Of a DNA stretch of 27,402 nt, positions 12,341 through 22,497 are shown one piece after another. Position numbers and translations under genes: made by a program. The first letter of the stretch is position 1, and every line of letters begins with the position of its first letter. Source of the DNA: Eledone cirrhosa (Eukaryota); NCBI GenBank assembly GCA_964016885.1, contig CAXHJY010000005.1, forward strand, positions 1-27,402, given 5' to 3'. The notes under the pieces are model-generated. The model was not told the origin of the DNA. It made no database searches and worked only from the letters and a program-made list of their open reading frames with translations.

Positions 12341-12376
<36 letters not shown>

Positions 12377-12522
12377 TGTTATACTTTGGGAGGGTCATGT
12401 TGCCAATAAGAAACACACGCACCAGATGCTTTCACTTCAATTTATTATAATAAATTTATAAATTTAGGAATTTATAAATTTCCGGTTGGTTGGTTCCACA
12501 ACCAGATGGTTGTTTATATATT

Positions 12523-12565
12523 ATCAAAGTTCTTTCGTCACACATTCTGTGACCTCTTCAGTAAC
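12523..12565 (-). ncRNA. Minimal hammerhead motif with extra nucleotide after CUGANGA (left arm of fold-back 3)
   Basis: Minus strand: gtta CTGAAGA g gtcaca gaatg tgtgac GAAA gaact t tgat. Confidence 0.65.
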
Positions 12566-13148
12566 TGGGGATTCTTTTCTTTGTTTTTGTGCCTCTCCTT
12601 TGTTCTGTCCTACGCCATCTTGTTTCTGTGTGAGTATTGTGTGCTCAGTCTGCGCATGCGCCACATCTGTGTGTTTATATTCGTTTATTTATTTGTTTAT
12701 TTACATGTCACAGGTTGGTTGTTTGTTCTATGTGCGTGTGTGTTTTCATTTTGTCCTTAATTGTAAGTTGTGATGTTGCTGTTCCACTCATGTTTTCTAT
12801 TTAATTTTGGTTGTAATTCTTTTATGTTTATTGCCTCTGATTTGTCTAAACGCAATGTTTAGACAAATCACAGAGGCAATAAACATAAAAGAATTACAAC
12901 CAAAATTAAATAGAAAACATGAGTGGAACAGCAACATCACAACTTACAATTAAGGACAAAATGAAAACACACACGCACATAGAACAAACAACCAACCTGT
13001 AACATGTAAATAAACAAATAGATAAACGAATATAAACAGACACCCGGATGTGGCGCATGCGCAGACTGAGCACACAACACTCACACAGAAACAAGATGGC
13101 GTAGGACAGAACAAAGGAGAGGCACAACAACAAAGAAAAGAATCCCCA

Positions 13149-13189
13149 GTCACTGAAGAGGTCACAGAATGTGACGAAAGAACTTTGAC
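13149..13189 (+). ncRNA. Minimal hammerhead motif with extra nucleotide after CUGANGA (right arm of fold-back 3)
   Basis: gtca CTGAAGA(13153-13159) g gtcaca gaa tgtgac GAAA(13176-13179) gaact t(13185) tgac. Stem I GTCA/TGAC, 6-bp stem II, triplet CUU. Confidence 0.7.
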
Positions 13190-14094
13190 AATATATAAAC
13201 CATCTGGTTGTGGAACCAACCAACCAACCAACCGGAAATTTATAAATTTATTATAATAAATTGAAGTAAATACAACTGGTGCGTGTGTTTCTTATTGGCA
13301 ACATGACCCTCCCAAAGTATAACAATATCGGTTTCAACACACGTTTTCAGATAAAGAATCTTGCTAAACAAATTCAGAAACGAAATATATATATATATAT
13401 ATTAGCGTGTGTGTGAAAGAGGCAACTAGTCGAAACAGCCGAGTTCGATCCTCTATTTACACGCACGCACGCATATATCTACACACGCACACACACACAC
13501 GTGTATATATATATATATATAAATAAAAACACATATACACGTGTATATGTTTTAAGCTCTACTTGTTTGGCAAATGACTTGATCTAAAACTGAAGCAATT
13601 ACCGCTGCGAAGATTTTTTGACACCTCAATAAATAAACGAAAAGTAAATGTTACAGATTTTGTCTATTTAAATGGCTAACACTGCTCTTAAATAGCGTAA
13701 TTGCTATATACATAAATATATACACATATATACATAAATACATACATTCTCTCTTTCTCTCTCTTCTCTCTGTGTGTGTGTGTGAAATTCTATACGATAG
13801 TTTCCGAATTAGCTGAATATAGATGTTTTAGGAAGTAAAGGCAGATGTAATCACACAACAAATATAATTAAACCTATAGAAAAAAAACCCCAGGTTTTAA
13901 ATCATTTTGAATTCCTTACACATGTTTCAATAGTTATACTTCAAATTTTTCGAATAATACTAGATGGGAATTCGTATAATCCAGATCTGTACATACAAGA
14001 TGATATAGAGATATTTGGACTTGTCCATCTTCAGAGGATTAAAACAACGTATTAAATTGAAACCGGAATATATCAGAAATTTTATTCCCGCCTC

Positions 14095-14280
14095 AATCCT
14101 CTTTTCTCTTTTTCTCTTTTCTCTTTTTCTCTTTTCTCTTTTCTCTTTTCTCTTTCTCTCTTTTTTTCCTCTTTCTCTTTTTTCCTCTTGCTTTTTCCCC
14201 TCTTTCTCTCTTTCTCTTTTTTCCCCTCTGTCTCGCGCTCTCTGTCTGTCGGTCTAGCTCTCGCGCTCCCTCTCTCGTTT
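14095..14280. repeat. CT-rich low-complexity tract (ttttctc)n
   Basis: Direct reading; explains the K/R/E-rich and F/L/S-rich spurious ORFs. Confidence 0.9.
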
Positions 14281-15323
14281 TGTATGTACGGATTTTCACC
14301 TAACATTCGAATAATTTGATGTCCAACTCTTTTGAAACATGTGTAAGGAATTAAAAATAATTTAAAAGTTAATTTTCCAACCCATTTGCCCCCCCCCCCA
14401 TATTGGTGATTTCGATTGTTATAATTGTTTGTTTCAATATTTTTACGACAGTATATAAAATCCCCGGCATGTCTTTGTATTGTCCCCTTTTCTTGTGCGC
14501 CCTTGTGGCAAATAAAGAAATATATATATTTAATTACACACACGCAGACTACACGTACGTATGTATGTATAAAGAGGTGTTCAGTCTGATGAACGCTAAC
14601 ATAAAACACGCTTCCTCATGCAACCGACTAAATTTCTCCCAGTGTCTTACATATGCTTAGAGGTATTAACTATCTAACGTATATGCGTGTGCCATACGTC
14701 TATTCACACCTATGTGCTGACATGTGCGTGTTCTCACACCAACAAACTCTATTAACAGGTAGTGATGAACTCATCTCAACATTTTTCTTATCTCTTTTCA
14801 CACATCTAACTGTTCTCAATTTATTCACAACTTGATTTTCTTTTATATAATTTGTCTTTAGTTTTTATTGTTTACATTATTTTTCTTTCCATTTCCTTAT
14901 AACTAAAGAGCAACAGCGTATTTTCATCTAGTGGTGCTCCTTATAATAGCCATATCTCAGTATGCAAAGCGGAAAAAAAATCTATAGTTTTTAATGTTTT
15001 GAATATGCCAACTAGTGTTGGTCATGTATTTTTTATGACTAATTCTTTGTTAATTGTCCAACTAGTTAGTTTCCGAAGAACAACAATCATTTGAAACGTT
15101 GGTATTCTTTTTTTCCTCGTGGCACAAGATATTCTACAGTTTGAGTTAATCATATTACACTGTTTCGACAAAAATCTCTTGGTTCCTCGGATTTTACTGT
15201 TTTACTATACAAGCCTAAGATCTACAATTCGGAGAAAAACAACAAAAGTGATGCACTCGAACAAAATAATTTGATGTTTCATCTTGAGTTGAGTTTCTCA
15301 GATACTGCTTTGTTACCCTAGCC

Positions 15324-15684
15324 CAGGCAGGGGAAATGTTTTCGAGCAGTGGGCCGCATAGGATGTGATTCCTCATAACAGACCTGTCAACTCTCCCCGT
15401 CCGACGGGGAAATCTCCCACCAATTTTGGGATGGGTGAGAAATGTCTTTTGTGAAAGTGGGTATAGCTTTCATTATGTAAAATCTCCCCAGTTTGCTTCA
15501 TTCCTCCCCGTTTTGTGGCACGTCTTTTCGTAGTACTCACCGTTTGAGTTTCTAGATCTTGGCAGGGATGTCATAAGGCGGGTCACTCTACTAAAAAGGT
15601 CAAGGCAATTTTGAAATTAGGCCTGCCATCCAGAAAGCTCAACGAGCCGCATGCGACTCGTGGACTTCAGTTTGCTCATGACTG
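15324..15684. mobile_element. hAT/Charlie-like MITE with a nested insertion
   Basis: Termini CAGGCAGGGGAAA...TTTGCTCATGACTG, subterminal gggccgca / gagccgcatgcg, imperfect 8-bp TSD CCCTAGCC / CTCTAGTC resembling the Charlie NTCTAGAN target. Confidence 0.6.
15379..15570. mobile_element. ~190-bp MITE with TIR consensus CAGACCTGCCAAC and 6-bp TSD TCATAA
   Basis: tcataa|cagacctgtcaac...cttggcagggatg|tcataa. Related copies at ~24196-24363 (opposite orientation) and a right end at ~1790-1868 (gttggcaggtctg). Confidence 0.75.
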
Positions 15685-16142
15685 CTCTAGTCATTGGAAA
15701 TACAGCGGACAAGTAGTTGGTCTGTTAGAAGCCTGTCACAGACCATGTTGTTTACAATATGAATGATATAAATAAATAAATAAATGCTCCTACTGATTAG
15801 TTGAGATGATTGATATCTCCCATTCCTATTGTGATATTTCATCACGGAAATACAACAAACACAAATATGGCTAAGCTTAAAGGAAACTGCCAGAGGTTAT
15901 ATAGTCAGTAATATGGCTTCCATGAACATCTAGAAAAGCCGTTGGTTGCAAGTGGGATAATAATACATTTTAGAATGTTAATTTATTGATCTAAAACAGA
16001 GGTCGAACATTTCTAGAGATGGGTTGAATTGGAAATGTTTTATTTGTCTTGTGGGCCAAAGCAAATATATAGGGAAACCATAATCATACAAAACTACGGA
16101 AACGGCTTATTTTAAATTACTTCCACGTATTTCATTATAATA

Positions 16143-17000
16143 TTGTTCTTGTTCTTCTTGAGAGGGTCGATAGGGGGGAGGGGCAGTCCTCAAACACTCC
16201 TTCCAGCGGGTCCAGTCAAAGAACTGCCTCCAACTGATCCGGCTGGATCCCCAAAGCGAGACCAGCCGAGTTCATGGATGTTAGCTGACCAATTGCTTGG
16301 TCTACTCCTGGGTCTCATGTCGGCTGGTTTTGCTCGTAAAACCTGTTCGGCAATTCTTTCCAAAGGCATTCTAACCACATGCCCATAGTATCGGAGCCGT
16401 GATCTTTCAATTGGGAGAAGCAGCGGCTCTGTCTGGAGTGACTCTCTGATCTCCAAGCTACGCACTCTCTCGTGTAACGTTACTACGAAGACTTTTCAGA
16501 AGAACCCCAATTCGGCCGTTGTATTTTCGATCGTATTCTTTCTGTCAATACCGAAGATTGATGGCCATAGGTAAGAGTTGGCACGAATACCGAATTGAAG
16601 ATAGTTTTACTATTATTGCTTTCTCCCTTCTTCTGATAACCGAATGCTGAAGCTGGCGCATTACTGCACCAGTTCATGCAAATCTTGCACTTAATTCTGC
16701 CTCCTGCCTTCCATCACTCGTGAACACGGCCCCGAGATACTTGAACGTCTGTACTTGCGTCAGTGGAAATACATTCACATGTAGAGTGCACTGCGCAGGC
16801 TTCCTTGAGAGGATGTCTGTTTTCACAGCACTGATTTTCATTCCAGACGTGCAGCACTCTGCATCAAACCTATCGAGTGCAAGTCGTAAATCACCTTCTG
16901 TCGAGTTAAGTAACACCATGTCGTCTGCAAGTTCCAGCCGACTGATTTTACACCCGCTAGTCATGATACCACTTCCAGCACGGCTGCGTATGTTCATGTA
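16143..17000 (-). mobile_element. 5'-truncated RTE-clade LINE (Expander/Rex3-like), RT C-terminal half, frameshifted
   Basis: ORFs 16674-17033, 16483-16677 and 16190-16465: LELADDMVLL (RT F/YADD box), GMKISAVKT, FKYLG, FVPTLTYGH, RLRYYGHVVRMP, RPRSRP; (AAG/AAC)n-like tail near 16143-16160. Confidence 0.9.
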
Positions 17001-17002
17001 AA

Positions 17003-17095
17003 TAATTTTCTCCTTTTGGCACAAGGCCAGCAATTATCCCAGTGTATTACTGGTACTTTATTTTATCGACCCCGTAAGGAGGAAAGGCAGTTAAC
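17003..17095 (-). mobile_element. SINE family A, 3' part
   Basis: ggcacaaggccagcaattatcccagtgtattactggtactttattttatcgaccccgtaagga, nearly identical to the copy at 21187-21377. Confidence 0.85.
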
Positions 17096-17629
17096 TAAAG
17101 AATGAACAGGAGTGACAGTACGCACCCTATAGTCGTTTACCATAAAATAACGCTTTTCACAGGTGATATATAGCAAACGTTTTTAATACTGCAGCATCGT
17201 TTAATTGGGCTAATAAAATTGTCTAATTCTCAGTAGGCTCAGAAGTTCATCATAGAATATTCAAACCATGATCATACAATACTATGAAACAGTCTTTTCA
17301 TTTACCACAATGCTTTTCTGAGTTTAAGTTACTGGTTGGTGGATTTTTACTTTCAGCCTTTTGTGGGTAGGTTGATAAAATAAAGTAACCTAATCCTCAG
17401 GGAGATTCAGCGTCACCAGGGAGTGTGAAACGGCAGGCTCTCTGAATCACAATCAATGCAACAGACTGCCATACGGTTTGTCAAAACAATTTCACTCAAA
17501 AGCAATGGGCAGCCCGAGGCTACATGCCGTGAGACTATCGAAACCACGGGGTTGCGAATCGAACTCCTTAACCACACACTTACATGCACACCCACACATT
17601 ATTATATTTTTTAAATGAAAATTTACTTA

Positions 17630-17668
<39 letters not shown>

Positions 17669-18116
17669 CTTTTAAATTCTAATGCATCTTTTTAAAAATA
17701 ATTTAATTTACATTTCTCAAATTTTATTTTGTAATTTTTATTTAAATATTAAGCTGAGAAGAAAACATTCAAGTGCGAGGTGTCAACCGTTTAAAACCAA
17801 CAAATGTGACTAGATTGTGATAACAATTAGCAAATGTGTCAGATTTAAAAAAAAAACTAAATTACTTAAGAGATGTCTAATTTGCTATATTTATTAGTTT
17901 CTTCCAAAGGACTTAATATGGTATTATGCAATATCCAAACTTGCGATTTTAGTTTTTTTAAATTCTCTTTTTCTCTTTTTTCCCTCCACTTTCATTCTTT
18001 TTCTCTTTTCCTTCATTCAATCTTTTTCAATGTTTAGTTCATTTTCCTTTCTTTCCTTTTATTAATGTATAATTCTCTCGCTCTCTCTCGATCTCTCGCT
18101 CGCTCGCTCGCTCGCT

Positions 18117-18151
<35 letters not shown>

Positions 18152-18232
18152 TGTATGTGTGTCCAACCAGCCAAGAAACTAAGTAATTGAATAGGTAGAC
18201 TCTCTAGATATTTAATTCTTATCTAATTACAG

Positions 18233-18415
18233 ATGATCGATGCTTGCAACTCTTATCTGTCACCGGTCCCCAAAGTAAACAAGGTAAGGGTGTCGGTTTT
18301 TTATGAATCAAGATGTCCCTACAGTATCAAGTTCATATTAAATCAACTAACGATAACCTACAAGCGAATAAAAGAGATCATGGATGTTGACTTGGTACCA
18401 TTTGGAAACTCTCAT
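18233..18415 (+). CDS. IFI30: GILT/IFI30-like thiol reductase, coding exon 2 (thioredoxin-fold active site, CPYS)
   Basis: Acceptor ...ctaattacAG|ATG, donor CAT|GTAAGT at 18416. 183 nt: MIDACNSYLSPVPKVNKVRVSVFYESRCPYSIKFILNQLTITYKRIKEIMDVDLVPFGNSH, matching the GILT motifs V-x-V-x-V-F/Y-Y-E-S-x-C-P-x-S/C and LVPFGN. Confidence 0.95.
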
Positions 18416-18507
18416 GTAAGTAGACTATCTTTCTTTGTTGTATCTGAAATTTATGAGGGAACCTCCGTCTACATAGAAGAAATGCCTTGCAGCCGCCTTC
18501 ATTATTG

Positions 18508-18712
18508 GTAGGTTGGTAGTATCGGTCAGACCACGTGCTTTGCAGCATAGTTATGGTCCTTTACGTTCTGAGCTCAAATCCCGCCTAGGTTAACTTGATT
18601 TTTTTTTCGACCTCGTAATGGATGACAAAGCAACTGTAATGCACTGGGGCCAATTTAATCGACTTTCCCCTCCACCACCAAATTGCTGGCCTTGAGCCTA
18701 TAATAAAAATCA
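18508..18712 (+). mobile_element. SINE family A, ~90 nt downstream of exon 2
   Basis: ttggtagtatcggt, gctcaaatcccgcc, aattgctggccttgagccta. Confidence 0.8.
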
Positions 18713-19649
18713 TTGTTGCTGTCTGCGGTCTGAGTTAAGATCCAATTGCGGTTAGCTTTCCCTTTCAGTCGATAAATTAAGCAACAGTTCAGAGTGGTGC
18801 ATGTTTTGTGTTATCTACTCCGGTTCTTTCTGTTCTGAGTTCGTTTCGCCTGTGCCAATGGACAGGATTAATCCCTAAATAAGAGATCACCCCATCCAAC
18901 CTGCACTTGGCCAGCGCTTACAGGTATGCCTAAAACCAGCATGGCTGCTGAGACGTCATCTAATAGTAGACCGAAAACGGTTGGATACATACACTAATAG
19001 GCTGTGAATCAACGTGACAGTGGTTGAAGTGTTCTACAGACGCGTGCACTCTTAGTGTAACTTTCAATTCCAAACAGCGTGGTATAATGTGTCAAAGCTG
19101 GACGATTGAACTACTGATACAATCTCACCTAACAGGCTTCCACTCAGTTTTAATCTACACAAACTTTACTCATAAGACTTGGAGGTGGGTCGAGCCCAAG
19201 CTAGGGTAAGAATTCTTGTTCAAGATGTCACAATGGAATCAAATTCGGGTCCTTAGGATTGCAAAACAAACTTCTTAATTACTACCATCTGAAAATAGAA
19301 GGCGGTGAGTTCAGAAAATCGTTAGAGCGTCATTAAAGGATTTGTGGTATTTGTTCCGGCTGTCTGTTCCACTGTTTAAACCCCAGCTAGATCAATTTGC
19401 CTTTCATAAAGAATCAGTCCATCCTATTACACGCATTACCAAGTAAACTGGGTTTCCTGGGTAAAGGAAAGAAAGGATTATTCAAGGAATAACCACCCAA
19501 ATAATAGTAGGCAGCAGAGTGCGCTGGGTTATCGAGGACAAGATCCGATGTTCTAATTAGAATAGTTATTTAATTTGTAGTTAATATAATTGTGATTTTT
19601 ATCACCACGTGTAACGCTCAATTATAAAGAAGATGGACTGAATAATTAA

Positions 19650-20585
19650 ATCGACTATGAGAGTTCCAGCCGTTAGATCAATGCAACTGCCTGTTCATGA
19701 AACTGACTTATAAGTGGTGGGGAATTCCAGACACTGACAAGGCTCGCTCATTGAATTACAGGTACAGTCTGTCCGGAGGGCTTCCAAGCAGTCTCCACCT
19801 ATTCAGTTTCCCACACAAGGCTTCTGTCGACCCAAGGCTAAATGACACTTGCTCAAAATGCTAGAGCATGTAATCGAACCCGTTATTTTATGATTGCAAA
19901 TCAAACTTCTTAAGCATTCACTCATTGCTTCCAGACCTTTAGATATAATAATTATACTAATTATAAAAATAATTTTAAACACTTTAAATTTGTCTACTTA
20001 TCGTTTATTATTGGTAGATTGGCAGTATCGGTAGAGCGCCGGACAAAATGCTTTGCGGCGTAGTTACGGCCCTTTACGTTCTGAGTTCAAATCCCACCGA
20101 GGTTAGCTTTGCTTTTCATCCTGCTGGGGTCGATAAAATAAAGCACCAGTAATGCACTGTGGTCGATTTAAACGACTTTCCCCTCCCATCAAATTGCTGA
20201 CCTTGTGCCTAAATCGGAAACTGTTATTTAACGCCAAGTCGCCTTTAATCAAGTATATCTGTGATTAAAGGCATTTCAGCAAATACTCTATCTTTTGTGT
20301 TGGGGATAATATTCTCGTGCCTACATTCGCCAATGTTAGTTTGGGTGGTATTTCGTTGTTATTTTTAGCGGATCCAAAGTATAAGCTCATCTCTTAAAGT
20401 ATATCAAGTCTGTCGCGATGGTGATAACTATAATATAGAAGTAATTCTGATTGCAAATTCTGTAGACCATTTTTTAAATCTTAATATGGGTGTCTGCAGA
20501 AGTGAACTCATAAAAAAAAGATAAGATATTCATAATTGAAAAATGTTATACATTTAGAGAATGTTTAAGTATTATGTTTCAGACT
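19650..20585 (-). repeat. Inverted copy of segment 2690-3460, interrupted by a younger SINE at ~20016-20228
   Basis: Alignment to 2690-3460 continues on both sides of the SINE (ggggttaacaaaaaacgataag at ~3082-3103 is contiguous in the first copy). Confidence 0.75.
20016..20228 (+). mobile_element. SINE family A, full length
   Basis: gattggcagtatcggtagagcg...gttcaaatccc...ccttgtgcctaaatcggaaac. Confidence 0.9.
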
Positions 20586-21186
20586 GTTTTTATTTTTTTT
20601 AAATTTAAAATAAAAATTTGAAATAGAAATGTTATTACTAAATATAAAATAACGCAATTTTCAGTGAAATTCAGCCTAACACAGTGCATGACAAGGCAGG
20701 TTTTTTTTTTAACTAAAGGTACAGTCCATCCGACGGACTTTCAAACAGGGACTTGGGTGACCCAAGGCAATAGTAAATGACTTGCCCATGATACCATGTA
20801 GTGGGATCGAACCCAGAACTTAATGATTGAGCAGCGAATTTCCTAACCATTCAAACATGCTGCGTCTAAAAATATACGGATACAAATTTAATGTAAGTAC
20901 AAGCAGTTGAAATCACCCTGGGATTAATGAAGTACATACTTATGTTTATGTGAAGCTAGAAATTATTTAGAAGAATAGATTAGAAGAATTGGTACAGCGC
21001 TGGACAATTGCTGTACGGTATTTCTTCCGGCTCTATCATGAGTTCAAATTCCACCGAGGTTAACAAGTACGAGTTAAGTTGCTGAACTTGCACCTAACTT
21101 AGAAACTATGAACCCACACAAGGAAATAGAGGTAAGTCAAAAAGGTGGTACACAAGTTTACATCAACAGATGGCTAGTCGAATTGA

Positions 21187-21377
21187 TAATAATTGTTTCT
21201 ACTTATGGCACAAGGCCAGCAATTATCCCAGTGTATTACTGGTACTTTATTTTATCGACCCCGTAAGGATGAAAGGTAAAGTTAACCTCGGCGGGATTTG
21301 AACTCGTACCATAAAGCGCCGTAACTCTTTGTTGCAAAGCATGGTCCGACCCTCTACCGATACTGCCAATCCACCGC
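21187..21377 (-). mobile_element. SINE family A, full length, young
   Basis: Reverse complement of the consensus, ending ctctaccgatactgccaatccaccgc. Confidence 0.9.
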
Positions 21378-21725
21378 ACCAAAGTAATAAACAAATAACA
21401 GGCCTGTCCTCTATAAGAAATCGTTATCTAACGACGTTATGGGCGACAAATTGACAGAATCGTTAGAGTAGATTTCTTAAACTCAAGCACTCAAAAGTAC
21501 CATTACATTCCGAGAGGTGATGCAAAACAGGCTAAAAGTGAGATAAGGGAGGTTTAATTTCCACCTGTTATAATGCTAACTTCCAATAGTTCATAGGTTG
21601 CTATTTCATTTTTTTCACTAAAATGAATAAGCATATATGTGAATTAGTACAAAATGGAAGCGGACTAAATTTTAGTTTCAAATTCTCATGACATTTTTAC
21701 TTTTGGGATATTCTCTTCTTATTTT

Positions 21726-21755
21726 ACTAGCAGTGTATCCCGGCGTTGCACGGGT
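21726..21755 (+). mobile_element. Possible terminus of a Helitron/Helentron-type non-autonomous element
   Basis: ttttACTAGCAG...CCCG-gcgttgca-CGGG: ACTAG after a T-run, followed by a short GC hairpin; the other end was not identified. Confidence 0.35.
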
Positions 21756-22497
21756 AAGAACATTGGTAATAGCACCTCCAATAAGAAACGTTTATTTGTG
21801 AGAGCCTGTTAAAAACTCACAAAAATATACCAACAGGAAACTTGTTTTATTTTGAGAAAATTAAGAAGTTGAAAGTACCGTTTAGCTGTCTACGTGCATT
21901 GTTCATAGAAATATTGTTGAGCCCCTTCTGTGACAGTTGTCCCCCGGCGTTTCCACTCTGTTTTGGCCTATTGGAGTAAATGTGAAAGAGAAAGTCACAG
22001 GTTAAGTTGGCAGAAGGTTCCAGTGTCATAGCAGTAAGGCGTAGGCTACTTACCTCAAAAGTTCTTTCCACTAAGTTACTCATTCTCTCTATCCCTCTCA
22101 GTGGAGTCCCTTGCGAATTTCTAGCGTAGGCCTGGTGTAGATTTGCACCCGATTCAAAGCTTTATCACATTTTAAGAAATAGCAGATATCTTTACCAAAA
22201 ATTAACTTTTTTAAAATCCCAATTTGTCACGAAAATTCTGGCGCAGGTCACACAAAAGTAGTTAGCGGGTTGCGGATTTGAGACCCCCGTGTCAGAGCAT
22301 TTGATAGAATATCTCGTACAATTTGTTCCGGCACTCTACGTTCTAAATTCATATCTCACTGGGGTCAACTTTGCCTTCCGAGATCAATAAAAATAAGTAC
22401 CAGTTATATACTGGAGTAGATTCATCAAAATCCCCTTCCCTAAAATTTGCTGGCCTTGTGTCTAAATTAGAAACGATTATTCAATAATATAAATGCA

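Larger units (their letters stand above)
12373..13328. repeat. Fold-back element 3: ~956-bp near-perfect palindrome with a 5-nt loop
   Basis: Centre tttgtctaaac-GCAAT-gtttagacaaa (loop 12852-12856); ends atattgttatactttgggagggtcatgttg / caacatgaccctcccaaagtataacaatat. The mirror-image ORFs 12486/12506 (+) and 12906/12950 (-) reflect this. Confidence 0.97.

Noticed and set aside
12486-13256. Mirror-image Cys/Phe-rich ORFs on both strands
   Set aside because: A by-product of the palindrome and GT-rich low complexity; frames differ between the arms because of indels.
14015-14609. K/R/E-rich and F/S/L-rich ORFs
   Set aside because: Derived from the (ttttctc)n tract.
15073-15105. CCGAAGA...GAAACGTT hammerhead-like string
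   Set aside because: No convincing stem II or stem I pairing.
18416-18511. C-terminal extension of ORF 18233-18511
   Set aside because: Read-through past the GTAAGT donor at 18416; GILT similarity resumes in the exon at 22997.
18945-18986. CTGCTGA...GAAAACGGTTG hammerhead-like string
   Set aside because: Core A6 is mutated, there is G at the cleavage position, and there is no stem I.
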